DNA of 20,657 bases from a bacterium (GTDB lineage: Bacteria; Zhuqueibacterota; Zhuqueibacteria; Oceanimicrobiales; Oceanimicrobiaceae): assembly GCA_046757025.1 (NCBI GenBank), contig JBHHXN010000090.1, forward strand, positions 1 to 20,657, given 5' to 3'. This document shows positions 1 to 9,497 of this stretch, piece after piece. The first letter of the stretch is position 1. Each line of letters starts with the position of its first letter. A model generated the notes under the pieces. The model was given only the letters and a program-made list of their open reading frames with translations, searched no databases and had not been told where the DNA came from. The translations under genes were made by a program, and so were the position numbers.

Positions 1-480
1 ACGAGTAATATTCAAATTTAAGTAACAAAAATTTATTTCGCAAATATAAACTCGTTTTAAGACAATTCTACTAACAAGGTAACCTGCAAAGAGTAAAGAA
101 GGTTGGGTTCGTCTTCTCAAACTCAAAATTCACTCTGAAATGAGTAACTTTAAGGTAAACAAATTGTTTTAATCGCTTCTAATCCTCCTGAATTTAGGAG
201 TAATTTATCTCTTAATTTCTTAAAAATGCAAAAATCCGTTTTCATCAATATAATTTGCAAAAAAATGCTGCATAAAAACAACGGTTTACGAAATTTTGTT
301 TAATTTTTGTTTTGTATGTGAAACAATTATATGACAGCCTGGATTTTGATCTTGTAGGTGACCGCAATAAATCCTTATGGCTATGGTTACTGCCACCGAA
401 TAGAAAATGGCTGATTATTTTCGTTCTGCTTCGCACAACTTATTTACAAATTTGGAAGGGTCTTTCATGACAGAAATCCC

Positions 481-747
481 GTGGGTTCGGTTCATCGCCT
501 GAATACGGCAGACCTGGCGGATCAGGTGGTTGCCTGTTCGCCGCATTTCACCGGGCTGCCATCTGTGATTCAATTTGGGCGCGCACGTGGGTATCAGATG
601 CCCGAGCAAGTCCAAATTTTTGCCGTAGAAGCGTTGGATCCGTACACATTCTCCCCAAACCTCAGTACGGAGTTACAAGCCGCTGAGCCCGGCATCGTGC
701 AGGAAGTTATCCGCTATCTGAACGCCCTTCTGCTGTCACCTGAATAG
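481..747 (+). pseudogene. C-terminal fragment of a hydrogenase maturation protease (HybD/HycI-like); N-terminus missing
   Basis: The translation PVGSVHRL...SPHFTGLPSVIQFG...MPEQVQIFAVEA...FSPNLS matches the C-terminal half of the family (S-x-H motif, P-x-x-V-x-I-x-x-V-E, F-x-x-x-L-S). The N-terminal GNxxxxDDG motif is absent, and the frame is closed upstream by TGA at 412-414. Confidence 0.6.
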
Positions 748-1033
748 ATAGTCTGAAGAAGTCCGCTTCCATTTTCTGGAAGAGATATGGCTTGCTGATT
801 TGAGTAAACGAATTTGTCTAAACCCGCTCAAAGACGGTGTTTGAGCATGTGACCATGTTCAATTATTTCCCGTGTGAAATTAAAAGCATTTTCTAAAACA
901 TGAGAAATTACCTGCGTGTGAGTTCTCAAAAATAAGAATCTGGCTGACTTTTATTTAGAATTTGTCAAAATAAAAAACAAGGAAGTTTCGTATTTTCAGT
1001 ACTTTAGATTTATTGACTAAAAGAGCGTGGTCA

Positions 1034-1049
1034 TGGCATTAAAATTGCA
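1034..1049 (+). promoter_or_regulatory. Sigma-54 (RpoN) -24/-12 promoter upstream of mdh
   Basis: TGGCATTAAAATTGCA has GG (1035-36) and GC (1047-48) 10 nt apart, matching TGGCAC-N5-TTGCW. It lies in an AT-rich intergenic region. Confidence 0.7.
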
Positions 1050-1290
1050 AAACGAAAGGCCTGCGTATGTGAGCATTTCCTGATAACATTTTCGTTTGAA
1101 ATGTTTTATTCCTGATCTCTTAAATTCTTGTTCCGAAATTCAGACAATTGTATTATATTGAAAGGCAATGCTTCTTTTATTTTTAAAGGAAATCTTATTT
1201 TAGTGGAATCGTTCCGGTTGTGGAAATAATTGGTCATTAAAATTAATTATTGTAATAAAGTCATCTCCCAAAAAAGCAAGGAGAAAAAAT

Positions 1291-2250
1291 ATGTTGAAAA
1301 AAATTGCAATTATTGGCGGCGGAAACATCGGCGGGGTTCTGGTGCAGGAAATCGTACGCCGGCGCTTGGCGCGGCAGGTGGCGCTGGTGGACGTGAAAGG
1401 CCCCGATTTAGCCAAAGGCAAAACACTGGATATTGCCGAAGGCTCACCTGTGATTTCCTCGGATATTGTCGCGCAAGGATGCAAAGAGTACGATGTCATT
1501 GACGGAGCAGAGCTGGTGATCAATACCGCTGGCGTTCCCAGAACCACCCGACCGGATGGCACCATTCCAACCCGCGAAGAGCTGCTGGTGACCAATTTAA
1601 AAATTACCGACGCGGTGAGCGGCGGCATCAGCCAATACTGTCCCCAGGCCATGGTCATTTCCATCGCCAATCCTCTGGATGCCATTGTTTATCGTTTGAA
1701 CATGAACCTGAAACCTGCGCGCGAGCGTTTGATTGGCATGGCCGGCGTGCTCGATTCCGCGCGCTACCGCTATTTCATCGCACAGGAAGCCGGCGTCAGC
1801 GTGGAAAATGTCGAGGCCATGGTCCTGGGGGGGCACGGCGACGACATGCTGCCCATTCGCTCCGCCTGTCGCATCGCGGGCATGCCCGTGGAAAAGTTTG
1901 TCTCGTCCGAAAAATTAGACGCCATCGAAGCTCGTACCCGCAAAGCCGGCGGCGAAGTGGTGAAACTGCTCGGCGTGGGCTCAGCGTTTGTTTCTCCGGC
2001 CTGGAGCGCTCTGGAAATGGCCGAAGCTATCATCTTTGATAAAAAGAAAATTTTGCCCGCCAGCGCACTGCTGCAAGGGGAATACGGCGTAAACGGTTTG
2101 TTTGTGGGCGTACCGGTGGTTCTGGGAGCTCGAGGCATGGAACGCATCATCGAAATGGAGCTGACTGAAAATGAAAAGAACGCCTTTGCCAAATCGGTGG
2201 AATCCGTACAAAAAACAGCGGAAGAGGTCATGGCGTTGACCAGTAAATAG
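1291..2250 (+). CDS. mdh: Malate dehydrogenase (LDH-like MDH)
   Basis: KIAIIGGGNIG Rossmann motif, TAGVPR, NPLD, GMAGVLDSAR, LGGHGD and RTRKAGGEVV motifs; AAGGAG RBS upstream. Confidence 0.95.
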   Translation: MLKKIAIIGGGNIGGVLVQEIVRRRLARQVALVDVKGPDLAKGKTLDIAEGSPVISSDIVAQGCKEYDVIDGAELVINTAGVPRTTRPDGTIPTREELLVTNLKITDAVSGGISQYCPQAMVISIANPLDAIVYRLNMNLKPARERLIGMAGVLDSARYRYFIAQEAGVSVENVEAMVLGGHGDDMLPIRSACRIAGMPVEKFVSSEKLDAIEARTRKAGGEVVKLLGVGSAFVSPAWSALEMAEAIIFDKKKILPASALLQGEYGVNGLFVGVPVVLGARGMERIIEMELTENEKNAFAKSVESVQKTAEEVMALTSK

Positions 2251-2583
2251 GTCACGACCAAGGCAACGCAGTCGCGACGTCTTCTTCGGTAGGTCTTGGC
2301 AGCATCCCGTTCGCAGAGCTGCGAGCAGCGCTTCGGTTAAAAAATGGCCGAGGGAGCAAGCTTAAATGTCCAGAAAGAAAGTGTAAAAAGTAAGTAAAAG
2401 TATAAATGACCAGTTGAAAATCTGTTTTGAAGGATTATTAAATAGTTTTCATAGTTTCCCGAATTTTTTTTCGGGACTAACCATGAAAAAATACGTTTGA
2501 GTCAGAACGGAATCAAAGGCTATTTTTCAATGGGTCCTTCATATTAACAATTCATTTTCATATTAAAATGTAAAGGAAGAACC

Positions 2584-3888
2584 ATGAGTAAGCTAAAAGC
2601 AAAATTAGCCGAAAAAATTCCTGGTTACAGGGAACGAGTAAACCGGTTGGTGAAAGAGTACGGTGATGTGGTGGTGGATCAGGTGCACATCCGCCAGTTT
2701 TATGGGGGCATGCGTGGATTAAAATCCCTGTCCACCGACATTTCGTACTTAGATCCAAACGAAGGCATCCGATTCCGAGGCTACACCATTCCGGAATGCA
2801 TGGAAAAATTGCCCAAACCGCCGGGTGCGGAAATGCCTTACGTGGAAGGCCATGTGTACCTGCTTTTGACCGGCGACATCCCCACGGAAGAAGAAGTGAA
2901 AGATGTGATTGACGATTTCAAAAAAAGAAGTAAGGTGCCGCAGTACGTATTTGAAATGCTCAATGCCCTGCCCAGAGATACGCATCCCATGAGCATGTTT
3001 TCATCTGCGGTGCTGGCCATTCAAAGAGAGTCCATCTTTGTGAAAAAATATAACGCCGGAATGAGTAAAATGGATTACTGGGATCCCATGTATGAGGATG
3101 CCATGAATCTGTTGTCAAAATTGCCTGAAATCGCCGCGCACATTTATCGCTTGAAATACAAAGATAACACCCCCATCGCTCCGGATCCCGAATTGGATTT
3201 TGGCGCGAATTTCGCGCACATGATGGGCATCGATCATCCGTACGATGAGATTTCCCGCTTGTACTTTATTCTGCACAGCGATCACGAAAGCGGCAATGTC
3301 AGCGCACACATCACACACCTGGTGGGCTCAGCCCTTTCCGACGTCTATTATTCATTTTCAGCGGGATTGAACGGGCTGGCCGGCCCCCTGCACGGTCTGG
3401 CCAATCAGGAAGTACTGCGCTGGATTCAGGATGTGATGAAGAAAATGGGCAACAAACTCCCCACGAAAGAGGAGCTGAAACAGTTCGTCTGGGACACGCT
3501 GAATTCCGGACAGGTAATTCCGGGTTACGGGCATGCGGTGCTGCGCAAAACCGATCCACGCTACACCGCGCAACGTGAATTTGCTTTAAAACATCTGCCG
3601 GACGATGAGATATTCAAACTCGTGAGTATGCTCTATGAAGTGGTGCCCCCCATTTTACAGGAACAAGGCAAAGCCAAAAATCCCTGGCCCAATGTCGATG
3701 CCCATTCCGGCGTGATTCAGTGGCACTACGGCGTCAAAGAGTATGACTTCTACACCGTCATGTTTGGCGTGGGCCGCGCCATCGGCGTGTTGAGCAATCT
3801 GATCTGGGACCGGGCTGTTGGACAGGCGCTGGAACGTCCCAAATCCTTAACCACCGACATGCTCGAAAAAATTGCCGGCATCAAGTAA
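2584..3888 (+). CDS. gltA: Citrate (Si)-synthase, eukaryotic-type
   Basis: YGGMRG, GIRFRG, SDHESGNVSAH, GLAGPLHGLANQEV, PGYGHAVLRKTDPR, WPNVDAHSG and LERPKS motifs; AAGGAAG RBS. Confidence 0.95.
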   Translation: MSKLKAKLAEKIPGYRERVNRLVKEYGDVVVDQVHIRQFYGGMRGLKSLSTDISYLDPNEGIRFRGYTIPECMEKLPKPPGAEMPYVEGHVYLLLTGDIPTEEEVKDVIDDFKKRSKVPQYVFEMLNALPRDTHPMSMFSSAVLAIQRESIFVKKYNAGMSKMDYWDPMYEDAMNLLSKLPEIAAHIYRLKYKDNTPIAPDPELDFGANFAHMMGIDHPYDEISRLYFILHSDHESGNVSAHITHLVGSALSDVYYSFSAGLNGLAGPLHGLANQEVLRWIQDVMKKMGNKLPTKEELKQFVWDTLNSGQVIPGYGHAVLRKTDPRYTAQREFALKHLPDDEIFKLVSMLYEVVPPILQEQGKAKNPWPNVDAHSGVIQWHYGVKEYDFYTVMFGVGRAIGVLSNLIWDRAVGQALERPKSLTTDMLEKIAGIK

Positions 3889-3917
3889 TCCTTTGTCCTC
3901 TTAGGTGGTAATAAAAT

Positions 3918-3951
3918 CCGTGTGCAGCTACCATCTGTGAGCTGCACGCGG
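3918..3951 (+). terminator. Stem-loop after citrate synthase, possible terminator
   Basis: CCGTGTGCAGCT pairs with AGCTGCACGCGG (12 bp, one G-U) about 30 nt after the stop. The U-tract is weak. Confidence 0.45.
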
Positions 3952-4490
3952 GAATATTCTATTATCTTGAAAAACTTTGTTGTTTTAACAACCTTTTTGC
4001 GGCTCTAAGTCGGGGGTGAGGGGCAGTTGAAAGAAACTGACAACCGCGGACTTTCAGGGAAACAAAGTGACAAGCGGGATTTGGCAGAAAATATTGAATC
4101 CATTCAAACGATTCTGTTTGAACATTGAAACAAACCCACAATCTAATCCCCATAACTTTCTTTAAGTGGGTTTTGTGAATGATCTCAGCCTGGTCATGAA
4201 AGTGTGCGAAAGCAAACTGCCGCAGAAAATTCTGCTTTATGACGGGAAATTCATCCGGTAATAGGTCTCCAAAGAGCCAGAGTGTGCCGTCACGCTACTG
4301 AAACGAATTTGAGATTTTGGTACCGACCCAACCAATTGCGCTTAAGGCAAGTCAAAATAAACCCCTTCAATGGAAAATTGTGAACATGAATGACTTTGTT
4401 GATAAAGTCGAAGAATCTTTTAGCATGAGGATCGATGGAAGAATAGACTTAATCAACAGAGTCATGAAGGACCTGATGAAAAATAGCCTT

Positions 4491-4509
4491 TCCCGAACTT
4501 GTTTCGGGA
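4491..4509. repeat. Short palindrome TCCCGAA-N-TTCGGGA (related copy at 2457-2476)
   Basis: TCCCGAACTTGTTTCGGGA here and TCCCGAATTTTTTTTCGGGA at 2457-2476; both are intergenic. Confidence 0.5.
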
Positions 4510-4713
4510 TTCAGGCTGAGGTGTATTTTTTCAACTAGCCATTCATACAACGAGTACCAGTCCATTAAATCAATCCGGCGTGCCGGACCGCCAACAAAAT
4601 GATCATCTGCAAATTAGCCTGAAACTTAAATTGCAATAAATGATTAAATATAAGTGAAGTCCTTCAATATCAATTATCCCAAAAGACTTTTCAACAAATG
4701 AAGGAAAAGAAGA

Positions 4714-5298
4714 ATGTTCATCCATTTAAAAACCTGGGGTCTGGTGGCTTTGTTTGTATATTTGTCGTTTTTACCGCGCGGCTGCCCGAAGTACGAAAGC
4801 TATGAAATGGCTTATGAGGTGACCGAAAGACTGGATGGCAAGGTCACTTTCAAATTCACGGGATTTACGTATGATGGTACTCTGGAAGATAGAAAAAAAG
4901 ACATGGCGGAATTTTACTCCGGCGGGTATAAAGAGGAGGCCGCACCCATCCTCAAGTTGATGGAGGAATCGAGCATCGAATTCCACGATAAAACGGATAC
5001 GGCCTGCACGGTGATCATTACCGGCACCTTTGAAAATTTCGTTCGTATTCTGGCGCCAGACGCCCAAGACGAAGAATTCACCTTTCGCAAAGAAGAAGAT
5101 CGCCTGACGGTCATTCTCGGTTACTGCAAAGATGCAGAGAACAAGGAAGATTTCGAAGGATTTACTTTTTCTTTAAAATACGCCGGCGAAATCATTGAGC
5201 ACAATGCCACGGAATTTGACCAGCAAACGAACACCCTGCGCTGGACCTGTGACAAAATATCGCCGCCCGGCATCTATTTTGTTCTGGAGGTAGAATGA
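4714..5298 (+). CDS. Hypothetical exported protein, possible lipoprotein
   Basis: 194-aa ORF with AAGGA RBS, a hydrophobic N-terminus ending in ...LPRGC, and an acidic, beta-rich mature part. No family recognised. Confidence 0.75.
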   Translation: MFIHLKTWGLVALFVYLSFLPRGCPKYESYEMAYEVTERLDGKVTFKFTGFTYDGTLEDRKKDMAEFYSGGYKEEAAPILKLMEESSIEFHDKTDTACTVIITGTFENFVRILAPDAQDEEFTFRKEEDRLTVILGYCKDAENKEDFEGFTFSLKYAGEIIEHNATEFDQQTNTLRWTCDKISPPGIYFVLEVE

Positions 5299-5308
5299 TT
5301 TCCAACAA

Positions 5309-5337
5309 ACCTTACAGGTCTCGAAGATCTGGAAGGT
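5309..5337. repeat. REP-like intergenic palindrome
   Basis: ACCTTACAGGTCT-CGA-AGATCTGGAAGGT forms a 13-bp stem (one mismatch, one G-U) between two co-oriented genes. Confidence 0.5.
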
Positions 5338-5368
5338 ATCTATTCAAAGGAGGCGGAAGAAAAGAATC

Positions 5369-7048
5369 ATGCTAAAAAAGTATTTCATGTTCACAAGTTT
5401 AGTGATTGTATTGTTTTCGATCAACACCGCAGCCCAGGAGGACTGGAAAACCTACCCCTATCACCAGCAAGGCAGCGTCATCGATTTTCCGAAAGATGAA
5501 GGCTGGCATAGGCAGATGCAAGTCGAGTGGTGGTACACCACGGCGCATGTCACCGGCGACTCCACCGGTACCGAGTACAGTTTTATGCTCACTTATTTTT
5601 ACTACCCTCCCTTTTCATTCGACGGATTTCGTATTTTCAACATCGCCAACGAAACCACCGGCGAGTTTTTTCCGGAGACTTTGCCGTACCTGGTGCGGGT
5701 CCGAGCTGAGGATCACCTGAACATTAAGGTTTTTGTGATCGGCGGTTCTCAAGAAGAATGGATAACTTTACGAGATCAAGACAATAATTTGATTCCATTT
5801 CAGTACCATATAACGGCTCATTCACAATATGGAGAAATTGACGTCTGGTATGACACCGTCAAGCGTCCGCTCATGGTTGGCGGTACGGGGTATCTTCATC
5901 TCGGTGAAAATAGCCAGACCTATTATTATTCACAAACCCTTTTGACAGTCAGGGGCAATCTCACCCTGAATGGAGTTTCGGAATCGATCAGCGGCACCGC
6001 GTGGATTGACCGGCAATATTTTGAAGCAATGGCCCCCCTGGCCGGTGAAAAGTATGAGTGGTTTAGCTGCCAGCTTTCCAACGGCATGGATTTGAATATC
6101 TGGAATATCTTCACGCCGGATAATCGTATTCCAGCTAACGAACGTTTCCGTATCTGCAGCATGTATATCGACGAGGAAACAACTGAAACGACCTCCGATT
6201 TTAGTCTGAATAGACTGCAATTTGTGTTCACACCAGACGGTGAAAGATGTTATTCGCGGAAGTGGCATTTTTCTTACAAAGATATCGATCTCACCATCAC
6301 GACTCTATTTAATGACCAGGAAGTGGTTTTACCGTTTCATTTTTACGAAGGCAGCACCCGGATTGAAGGAACCGTGAATGGCGAGGCTGTGGAAGGGGTT
6401 GGCTTCGCGGAATTGTTGCATCATTACCAGCCGCCCAGAATGCAATTGATTTTTCCAACTGCCGGCACAAACTGGAATGGCAGTCAGCCTTTTCGATGGC
6501 AGATGCTGAATCCGGACGACGGCCGGCCGATTTATTTCGATTTGGAGCTGAGTACGGACAACAAAGCGAGTTTCAGAAAACTCGCACGCGCCTTGACCGA
6601 TACCTCTTTCCTTTGGAGCCAGATCGACGTGGTCAACGGCAGCGAGTGCTGGCTGCGGGTGGTGGGTTATTCCATCGACAGCACCCTAATTGGCACCGAT
6701 GTGATGGACTCCCCATTTGTGCTCAACGTGACCAGTGTACAGGAACCCATTCAGCAGGCTGCGGTGCCGCAGAAATTGACCGCAGTGGTGCAGCCCAATC
6801 CCGGTTATTTGCAGGCTCATATTCAATTTGAGCTGTCGGTGGCTACTCAGGTGACGATACGTGTTTATAACATTCTGGGGCAGCGACTTGCCACCCTTGC
6901 GGACAACCGGCGTTTTGCAGTCGGGCGCCACGAAATAACCTGGCCGGGCCGGGATGATTCCGGCAGACCGGTGGCCAGTGGCGTGTATCTTTATCGCATC
7001 AGCACGCCGCTTCAAGTTTTGGATGGCCGGCTGGTATTTCTGCGTTGA
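5369..7048 (+). CDS. Secreted AttH/CrtC-like (lipocalin-like) domain protein with a C-terminal FlgD-Ig/secretion sorting-type domain
   Basis: Signal peptide (..NTAA|QED); FPKDEGWH, EWWY, YYYS, WIDRQ and EWFS motifs; C-terminal PNP..IRVYNILGQRLATL..W.GRD..G..VASGVYLY; AAGGAGG RBS. Confidence 0.85.
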   Translation: MLKKYFMFTSLVIVLFSINTAAQEDWKTYPYHQQGSVIDFPKDEGWHRQMQVEWWYTTAHVTGDSTGTEYSFMLTYFYYPPFSFDGFRIFNIANETTGEFFPETLPYLVRVRAEDHLNIKVFVIGGSQEEWITLRDQDNNLIPFQYHITAHSQYGEIDVWYDTVKRPLMVGGTGYLHLGENSQTYYYSQTLLTVRGNLTLNGVSESISGTAWIDRQYFEAMAPLAGEKYEWFSCQLSNGMDLNIWNIFTPDNRIPANERFRICSMYIDEETTETTSDFSLNRLQFVFTPDGERCYSRKWHFSYKDIDLTITTLFNDQEVVLPFHFYEGSTRIEGTVNGEAVEGVGFAELLHHYQPPRMQLIFPTAGTNWNGSQPFRWQMLNPDDGRPIYFDLELSTDNKASFRKLARALTDTSFLWSQIDVVNGSECWLRVVGYSIDSTLIGTDVMDSPFVLNVTSVQEPIQQAAVPQKLTAVVQPNPGYLQAHIQFELSVATQVTIRVYNILGQRLATLADNRRFAVGRHEITWPGRDDSGRPVASGVYLYRISTPLQVLDGRLVFLR

Positions 7049-7252
7049 AAACCGCAACTGGCTTCTCCTAAAGCGACTTTGAATGATCTAAAATTATAGA
7101 AAAAATTTCCCACTTTTAGGAATTTTGATTTAGGTATTCTTAAAAATGAGAAATAATCGAACTATCCATCAAAAAGTCAAAATATTTCAAAATTAGCTTG
7201 TTTAAAATCAGTGGCTTATACTAATATATTTTAGTTATTTAATTTGTGTTTG

Positions 7253-7268
7253 TGGCATAGAATTTGTA
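7253..7268 (+). promoter_or_regulatory. Probable sigma-54 promoter upstream of ald
   Basis: TGGCATAGAATTTGTA has a canonical -24 box and a GT variant at -12 with the correct spacing. Confidence 0.5.
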
Positions 7269-7610
7269 AATTACCACCCAAAGACGTATCTTACGGAATG
7301 CAATTCTAAAGTTTATTTGAAAAGACCGAAAGACTTTTGCTTGTCTTTTCTGATTAATTCACCAAAATATCGGTCGTTTCTTTTCATTCTTTTCAAAATC
7401 ATCTAGTTTATTTTTTAATAAATATTTCTAATTAGAAGTTTTCAATTTTCAAAAATATTCTAACCATAGAGGGGTCGAGGCCAACGAATTAAGCAGATGG
7501 GATTTAAAATTCGAACTGGCGAATGGAGTGCCATCCAAATAGATAATCCATTTTGCTGGTGGTAATGAACCGGTCTTTGATCTGCCCCTTGATTTTGGAG
7601 AGTCATTCAA

Positions 7611-8696
7611 ATGGACATCGGGATTCCGCGGGAAATTTCAATCGATGAAAATCGAGTTGCGGTTACCCCCGCCGGGGTCTACGAGCTCACCCATGAAGGC
7701 CACCGGGTGTACGTGGAAAGCGGTTGTGGAATCAACAGCGGCTTTTCGGATCAGGACTATCAAAATGTAGGTGGCGAAGTCGTCTATTCTCCTCAAGAGG
7801 TTTTTGGCCGAGCGGATACCATCATCAAGGTCGAGCCGCCCACCGAGTCGGAATGCGAAATGATGGTGGACGGACAAACCCTCTTTTCCTCTTTGCATCT
7901 GGGTATGCGCTCACCCAGGAGTTTCAATCTACTCATCAATAAGAAAATTACCGCGGTAGGCTATGAATACATGAGAACGGATGAAAATGAGCATTCCGTT
8001 TTAGACGCCATGGGGGGGATTGCCGGCGCCATGTTGCCGCAGATTGCGGGCCGCTACCTGGAGCTGCAAAATGGCGGCCGTGGAGTCCTAATCAGCGCTC
8101 AGCCTGGCATCCCTTCTGCTTCGGTGGTGATACTCGGGGCCGGCCATTTGGGAACCAGCGCCATCAAAGCATTTATTGGAATGGGCGCGCAGGTGATGGT
8201 CCTCGACCGCAATCTGGTCCGTTTGAGTAAAATTCATGATTTAACCTTCAAGCGAGCCGTAACCGCATTAGCCACTCCCTATAATATTGAGAAGTCTCTC
8301 CGATTTGCAGATGTGTTCATCGGTTGTGTGTTTATTCGAGGCGAAAAACCCCCACGATTGGTCACCAAAGACATGATCAAAGAAATGAGGAAAGGTACCG
8401 TAATCATGGATATTTCCATCGATCAAGGCGGTTGTATCGAGACTTCCCGACCAACCACACATTCCGATCCAGTCTTTGTTGAAGAGGGCGTGATTCACTA
8501 CTGCGTCCCGAATATTCCATCAGCGGTGCCGAGAACTTCCTCACACGCGCTTAGCAACGTCGTTTTTCCGTATGTCATGGAAACCGCTGAATTGGGCATT
8601 GAAAAAACCGTAGAATCGCATACCGCGCTGAATATGGGAGTTTACTTACTCAGAGGAGAATGTACAGATAAAAGAATTGAACGCATGTTTCTTTAA
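7611..8696 (+). CDS. ald: Alanine dehydrogenase family protein (divergent active site)
   Basis: IGIPRE..ENRVAVTP, LHL, GAGHLG, DISIDQGGC.ETSRPTTH and HYCVPNIP motifs; GGAG RBS. It has KVEPP instead of the canonical KVKEP. Confidence 0.85.
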   Translation: MDIGIPREISIDENRVAVTPAGVYELTHEGHRVYVESGCGINSGFSDQDYQNVGGEVVYSPQEVFGRADTIIKVEPPTESECEMMVDGQTLFSSLHLGMRSPRSFNLLINKKITAVGYEYMRTDENEHSVLDAMGGIAGAMLPQIAGRYLELQNGGRGVLISAQPGIPSASVVILGAGHLGTSAIKAFIGMGAQVMVLDRNLVRLSKIHDLTFKRAVTALATPYNIEKSLRFADVFIGCVFIRGEKPPRLVTKDMIKEMRKGTVIMDISIDQGGCIETSRPTTHSDPVFVEEGVIHYCVPNIPSAVPRTSSHALSNVVFPYVMETAELGIEKTVESHTALNMGVYLLRGECTDKRIERMFL

Positions 8697-8861
8697 CTGA
8701 TTGTTGTTTCGGTGCCAAACCGAAGATGAATGCAGTAGTGATAAATCGTCATGATGCCGTCGCAAGATGCCGCAATGCAAGCCGGAAAGCAGTTTGAACC
8801 CGTCCCAACAAAGGGAGCCGAGCATCTTGAAAATCGTGCTAAATTAATCAAAGGAGAAATC

Positions 8862-9452
8862 ATGACCGAATATCCGAAAACCGTCTCTCTTAAGGACAAC
8901 AACAAATTAACCCTGCGACTGATGCAAAATGAGGACCTGGATTTGTTGTTGTCCTTCTACCGTTCTATCCCCGAGGAAAACCGGCAATTTCTTCGCATCG
9001 ACGTCACCAACCGGGAAAACGTCGAACGCCGATTTGCGAATTTAGATCATAAACATGTCTATCCGATTTTAGCCATTGATGAGGGCAAAATCGTGGGCGT
9101 GGCCACCATGTTCAAAGCCGAGATAGGTTGGAAGCGTAACCTTGGAGAAGTGCGCCTGCTCATCGCGCCCGATTACCGTAGAAAAGGTCTGGCCACGATT
9201 TTTGTCCGCGAATTGTTTGCGCATGCTTTAAAATCCAAAATCTTAAAAATTCAAGCGGAAATGGTGGAAGATCAGGAATCAGCCATCGCGGTGTTCGAGC
9301 GCTTTGGGTTCCGAAAAGAAGCGGTATTGCGCAAGCACGTGACCGATACCCACGGACAGAGAAAAAACCTCATCATCATGACATTGGATGTGGAAGATCT
9401 CTGGCATTTGATGGAAAATCACGTGGAGGATTACGATATTCGCGGTCAATAA
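8862..9452 (+). CDS. GNAT family N-acetyltransferase
   Basis: PDYRRKGLA acetyl-CoA-binding motif and AIAVFERFGF. Start moved from 8751 to ATG 8862, which follows AAAGGAG. Confidence 0.85.
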   Translation: MTEYPKTVSLKDNNKLTLRLMQNEDLDLLLSFYRSIPEENRQFLRIDVTNRENVERRFANLDHKHVYPILAIDEGKIVGVATMFKAEIGWKRNLGEVRLLIAPDYRRKGLATIFVRELFAHALKSKILKIQAEMVEDQESAIAVFERFGFRKEAVLRKHVTDTHGQRKNLIIMTLDVEDLWHLMENHVEDYDIRGQ

Positions 9453-9497
9453 TTTTTAACAATCAGTATGACCTGAAATAATCTGATTTGAATATTT

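Noticed and set aside
412..414. Sec readthrough extending the protease fragment (and readthrough at other TGA stops, e.g. 17442)
   Set aside because: The extended sequence has no family similarity, and no SECIS-like hairpin was seen.
4166..4345. Possible gene fragments (plus-strand 31-aa ORF 4166-4261; minus-strand WVGT and RDGTLW propeller-like words)
   Set aside because: Too short, interrupted by stops and without an RBS, so not supportable. The ORF at 4317-4538 is likewise unsupported.
7512..7535. ZTP (pfl) riboswitch-like ACTGGCGAA
   Set aside because: The downstream GCCUGGGC pseudoknot strand and the GUGG/CCAC stem are missing.
8793..8820. 6S RNA-like TTGAACC..GGGAGCC
   Set aside because: There is no complementary 3' half; the GNAT RBS follows directly.
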